A stretch of 64,000 bases of DNA, taken from assembly GCF_011386835.1 (NCBI RefSeq), contig NC_088802.1, positions 44,020,001-44,084,000 on the forward strand. Direction: 5' to 3'. How positions within the stretch are numbered: position 1 is the stretch's first letter; each line of letters begins with the position of its first letter. The notes beneath the pieces were generated by a model. That model worked only from the letters and a program-made list of their open reading frames with translations, had not been told where the DNA came from and did not search any database. Positions 61,001 through 64,000 of the stretch are shown piece by piece. The translations under genes were made by a program, and so were the position numbers. This DNA is from Chrysemys picta bellii. Its lineage: Eukaryota.

Positions 61001-63394
61001 GCCGGCCCTGAGTAGGATACAGAATTACAGCTACTGTGTTAAAACAACACAACACCACCCCACCTTTCTCTGCTTGCAGTGGCCTAGTTAGTACACACGT
61101 CACGGAGCTTTAACAGCCCAGCCACCAGGAAGGCAGGTGCCGGCACGAACAGGAAATCAATAAACAAGGGCTCGGTAATACAGCTCTGTCTGCTTTCATT
61201 TGCAGCTGTTCCTACCTCACCACCGACGACACCAGAAAAGGACCTGACCGTTGCCACCTCCCCATGGACTGTTCCTGAAGTGGAAAAATCCACCTCCTCC
61301 TTTAACAGTAGTCATCCTCCTGCCAGGTGAGTGCCCAAACTCATGCTAGAGGCACTGTGAGGTCTCCTTTCACCAGCTCTAGGGCAGGTTTGGGGTTTCT
61401 ACACTGTGCTCTGAAATCAGGGCTACAATCCCTACAGAGGCCAAGGCTTCAAGTAAGCAGCACGGAGGATTCTAGAACTCTCAGGTCTCTGCACACCAGA
61501 GGCATTGAAGAAAAGGATTTGTAGCTGAGTTTACAAGTTGAGATGGGGCATTTATCATCTAAGTCAGAGCCAGACAGTCCTGCTGTTATACAGTCCTTCC
61601 TGTCCTGCAAACTATGTTCTGCCCTGGAAGGTGAATTCCATTGCATTATACTGTATTAAACCCACACTTGCAAACAAAAAGAAAGCAAACTCCCTCCCTT
61701 CCCCCACACTCACCACTCTTCCAGCCTGACATGGTCCAGTTTTAAAGTGCTAGCACTGCATTTCCCCTCACATCTGACCTGCAGGACTCTTGCTATTCTA
61801 TTGGGCTTTCCAGTCAGCAGGGCCGGTGCTACCATTTAGGCAAACTAGGCGGTTGCCTAGGTCACCAAGAAGTGGGTGCCCCCAATTTTTTTTTTTTACA
61901 GCGTTCCTACGCCCCCTCCCCGAGCGCGCGGTCGCCGCTCCACTTCTCCTGCCTCCCAGGATTGCAGCGCCAATCAGCTGTTTGGCGCCGCAAGCCTGGG
62001 AGGGGAAGACAATTAGAGCGGGTTCGGCGTGCTCGGGGAGGAGATGGAGCAGAGGTGAGCTGGGGTGGGGAGCTGCCGCACGGCTCCCCCGGGGGGGGGG
62101 GCGCCTCAGGGTGGAGGGGGTCGGGAAGCTGCCGCAGGGCTGGGGGGCGCAAGGTGGAAGTTTCACCTAGGGCGTGAAACTTCCTTGCACCGGCCCTGCC
62201 AGTCAGGCAGGGAGATATACTGTATATGTCAAACACATGACAGAATACCTGATATTGTCCATTGATTCCTTCACACTGCGGCAGAAGCAGTTTACAAACC
62301 CCAACACTGGAAGTGGTTTGTGACATTAAATTCTGTATGATTGTGTCTTTAAATTTTTTAATCAGAAAAGCCAAAACTTCATGGCAAAAGATACAGTGCA
62401 AGTCTCTAATTGAATAACATCTAACACTTTTTCTCCACAGATCTCCAAGCATTTCGCAAAGGAGGTCAGTATCATTAACACCATTTTATAGATGGGGAAA
62501 CTGAGGCAGAAGAGGTGACATGACTTGCTCAGGGTCACCCTGCAGGCCAGTGGCAGAGCCAGGAATAAAACCCAGGTCTCCTGATGCTGGGGCCAGGGCT
62601 CTCACCACTAGATAACACTGCCATCCCTAAACAGAACAGGGGTTTTACCCTTGCTTAGCTGAAAATAGTCTGACAGTTTTAACCTGATCATTTAATTAAG
62701 TCAATTTAATCAATAAAAAGGGTTTGCTTTTATAATGCCAACCACAGTGGTCCTGTTAGGGTCACTACAATCGCCCCCACTGCTGTTGCACTCTGTAGGT
62801 TTTTGTTGAGATCAGACCTTTGTTAGGTATTGTGCTGAGCCCAGAAAACTCATGTCTCCAATCACCTCAGAGTATTTAGGTGCTTAACACTCATTGAGGT
62901 CAAGGGGAGTTAGACATCTAAATGTGTTTAAAGACCTAGGCCCTAGTACACGTTTAAACCCAGCTGTGCAGAGAGGAAAGCTAGGACTGCTTTAGATTGC
63001 CAAATTTTCCTTTGCTGAATGGTTTCTGTTTATTCAGTTTGATGCTGAAATCCAGCGTAGCAAGGTGTTAGCCTCAGCTCTGCAACTGACTCCATGTGCT
63101 TCTTTGACGCAAGTCACTGTACTTGTGCCTCAGTTTCCCAGTTGTAAAAAACAGATAGGGGTTGGCTAATACTTCCCCACCCTTTCCAACAACTTGAGAG
63201 GGGAGCAAGAGCTACGTCTAATCTTTATATAACAAACCGTAACCGTTAAGAGTAGAAACAAACATTCTCTTCTCCTTCGCCTAGTATACCAAACCTCGTC
63301 CTCTACATCCTGATCCCATCTGTCCTGCTGGTTCTACTTTTGATTTTGTTCATTGCTGTAAAGTTTAGAAGAGCATCACAGAGGAGGAGCAAAG
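55004..63394 (+). CDS. CD300-like receptor D (leader, IgV, stalk, TM; cytoplasmic exons beyond the window)
   Basis: Exons 55004-55043, 57313-57642, 61206-61326, 63285-63394 with phases 1,1,2,1 and canonical splice sites. Confidence 0.85.
57313..57642 (+). CDS. IgV exon D
   Basis: 330 nt phase 1-1; 17 nt / 9 aa different from exon C by manual comparison. Confidence 0.93.
57690..58766. mobile_element. LTR-like element downstream of IgV D (truncated copy ~50550-51386)
   Basis: Ends in ...gggtcaca and has LTR-like composition. 5' boundary and TSD not resolved. Confidence 0.45.
59780..60140 (+). mobile_element. Degenerate CR1 fragment
   Basis: ataattaacccgtggaactcactgccacaag...gggtttcttgcacctttttctgaagcatctgg. 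Confidence 0.62.
60181..60277 (-). mobile_element. CR1 3' terminus
   Basis: attcatagattcatagattctaggactggaagggacctcgagaggtcatcgagtccag (terminal 8-bp repeats). Confidence 0.8.
60612..61010. mobile_element. hAT-type MITE
   Basis: TIR cagggccggctc / gagccggccctg, 8-bp TSD agtaggat. Confidence 0.88.
61206..61326 (+). CDS. Pro/Ser/Thr-rich stalk exon (AVPTSPPTTPEKDLTVATSPWTVPEVEKSTSSFNSSHPPA-S)
   Basis: Acceptor ttcatttgcag, donor cag|gtgag, 121 nt phase 1-2. Confidence 0.85.
61818..62198. mobile_element. hAT-type MITE
   Basis: TIR cagggccggtgc / gcaccggccctg, 8-bp TSD ccagtcag. Confidence 0.88.
62465..62625 (+). mobile_element. MIR-like CORE-SINE
   Basis: ccattttatagatggggaaactgaggca...gtgacatgacttgctcagggtcac. 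Similar remnants near 820-1010, 3900-4095, 12400-12520, 16150-16310, 41230-41450, 49850-50040, 63060-63170. Confidence 0.7.
63285..63394 (+). CDS. TM exon (SIPNLVLYILIPSVLLVLLLILFIAVKFRRASQRRSK)
   Basis: Acceptor tctccttcgcctag, donor aag|gtaaaa, 110 nt phase 2-1. No charged residue in the TM. Confidence 0.87.
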
Positions 63395-63859
63395 GTAAAA
63401 ATTCTCTGATCAATTTTGCTAGTAAGTGTCATTTCATTCTCCAGATGGTGCAGCCCAATTAGTTTGCTTCCTTCCTAAGGACCCTACTGTCCCTGTCACC
63501 AAAATAACAGCACAAGACAGACACTCTCTAAATTCACCCCACGTACTTAGTCAGTTACTCCATGCAGCAGGTCACATGGCCATACAAACTGGTAGAACCC
63601 CACAGCACGCCCAGCCCCAGTGATGGAGCAGGTACTTGGCTCAGGCTAGATACAGCAGCTGGCTAGTTAAAAAGCAAACAAGCCAGTTGTTTTTGACCAA
63701 GTAGAAATCAGTTGTTTAAATAAGATTCATTAACACTCAGCAAAAGAAACAGAGAAATAAATTCCCCTTGATTACCTGATTTCATCGGCTGCTCCTAAGA
63801 ACTGCTCCTCCGGCTGTAGTGATTCCCAGCTTTTCCTGCAAAGCTATCTACCCCACAAG

Positions 63860-64000
63860 CAGGGCCGACTCTAGGTTTTTTGCTGTCCCCCCCCCCCCCA
63901 GCCCTGGGATCTCCCTCTCTTTCCCCTCCCCGCCCCCACAACTTCACCCTCCTGCCGCCCCAGCCCTGGGTCACTCGTAACTCGCTCCCAGGGCGGGTCA
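63860..64000. mobile_element. 5' part of a hAT-type MITE (truncated by window end)
   Basis: Starts cagggccgactctaggttttttgctg, like the 60612 element. Confidence 0.65.

Noticed and set aside
60570-62452. Overlapping GC-rich ORFs
   Set aside because: They coincide with two hAT MITEs.

Overview
Eukaryotic genomic DNA, most likely from a turtle (tortoise Pol III/Cry-type SINEs, CR1 3' ends, Penelope-like hammerhead elements, hAT MITEs with 8-bp TSDs). The window covers part of a CD300/CMRF35-like immunoreceptor cluster. Reconstructed by hand from splice sites and exon phases: (i) a complete 7-exon CD300LF-like inhibitory receptor (+, 4479-14030) with five tyrosine motifs; (ii) a second CD300-like receptor (+, 55004-63394, tail beyond the window); (iii) upstream of each, an intact 'orphan' leader+IgV cassette with no stalk or TM exon of its own (1524-2483 and 47781-50502), the second produced by a ~6-7 kb tandem duplication (45489-58513); (iv) a CpG island with a minus-strand exon (30262-30363) resembling the distal alternative first exon of RAB37, which would place the CD300LF-like gene antisense inside RAB37 intron 1, as in mammals. 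Most notable non-coding signals: a 34-bp VNTR whose unit carries a REST/NRSF RE1 site (5 tandem sites, 30653-30809), two more RE1-like sites at ~42.1 kb, and two Penelope-type minimal hammerhead ribozymes (one with an intact-looking core). Most ORFs in the six-frame track are spurious. All family assignments come from recalled motifs, not database searches.
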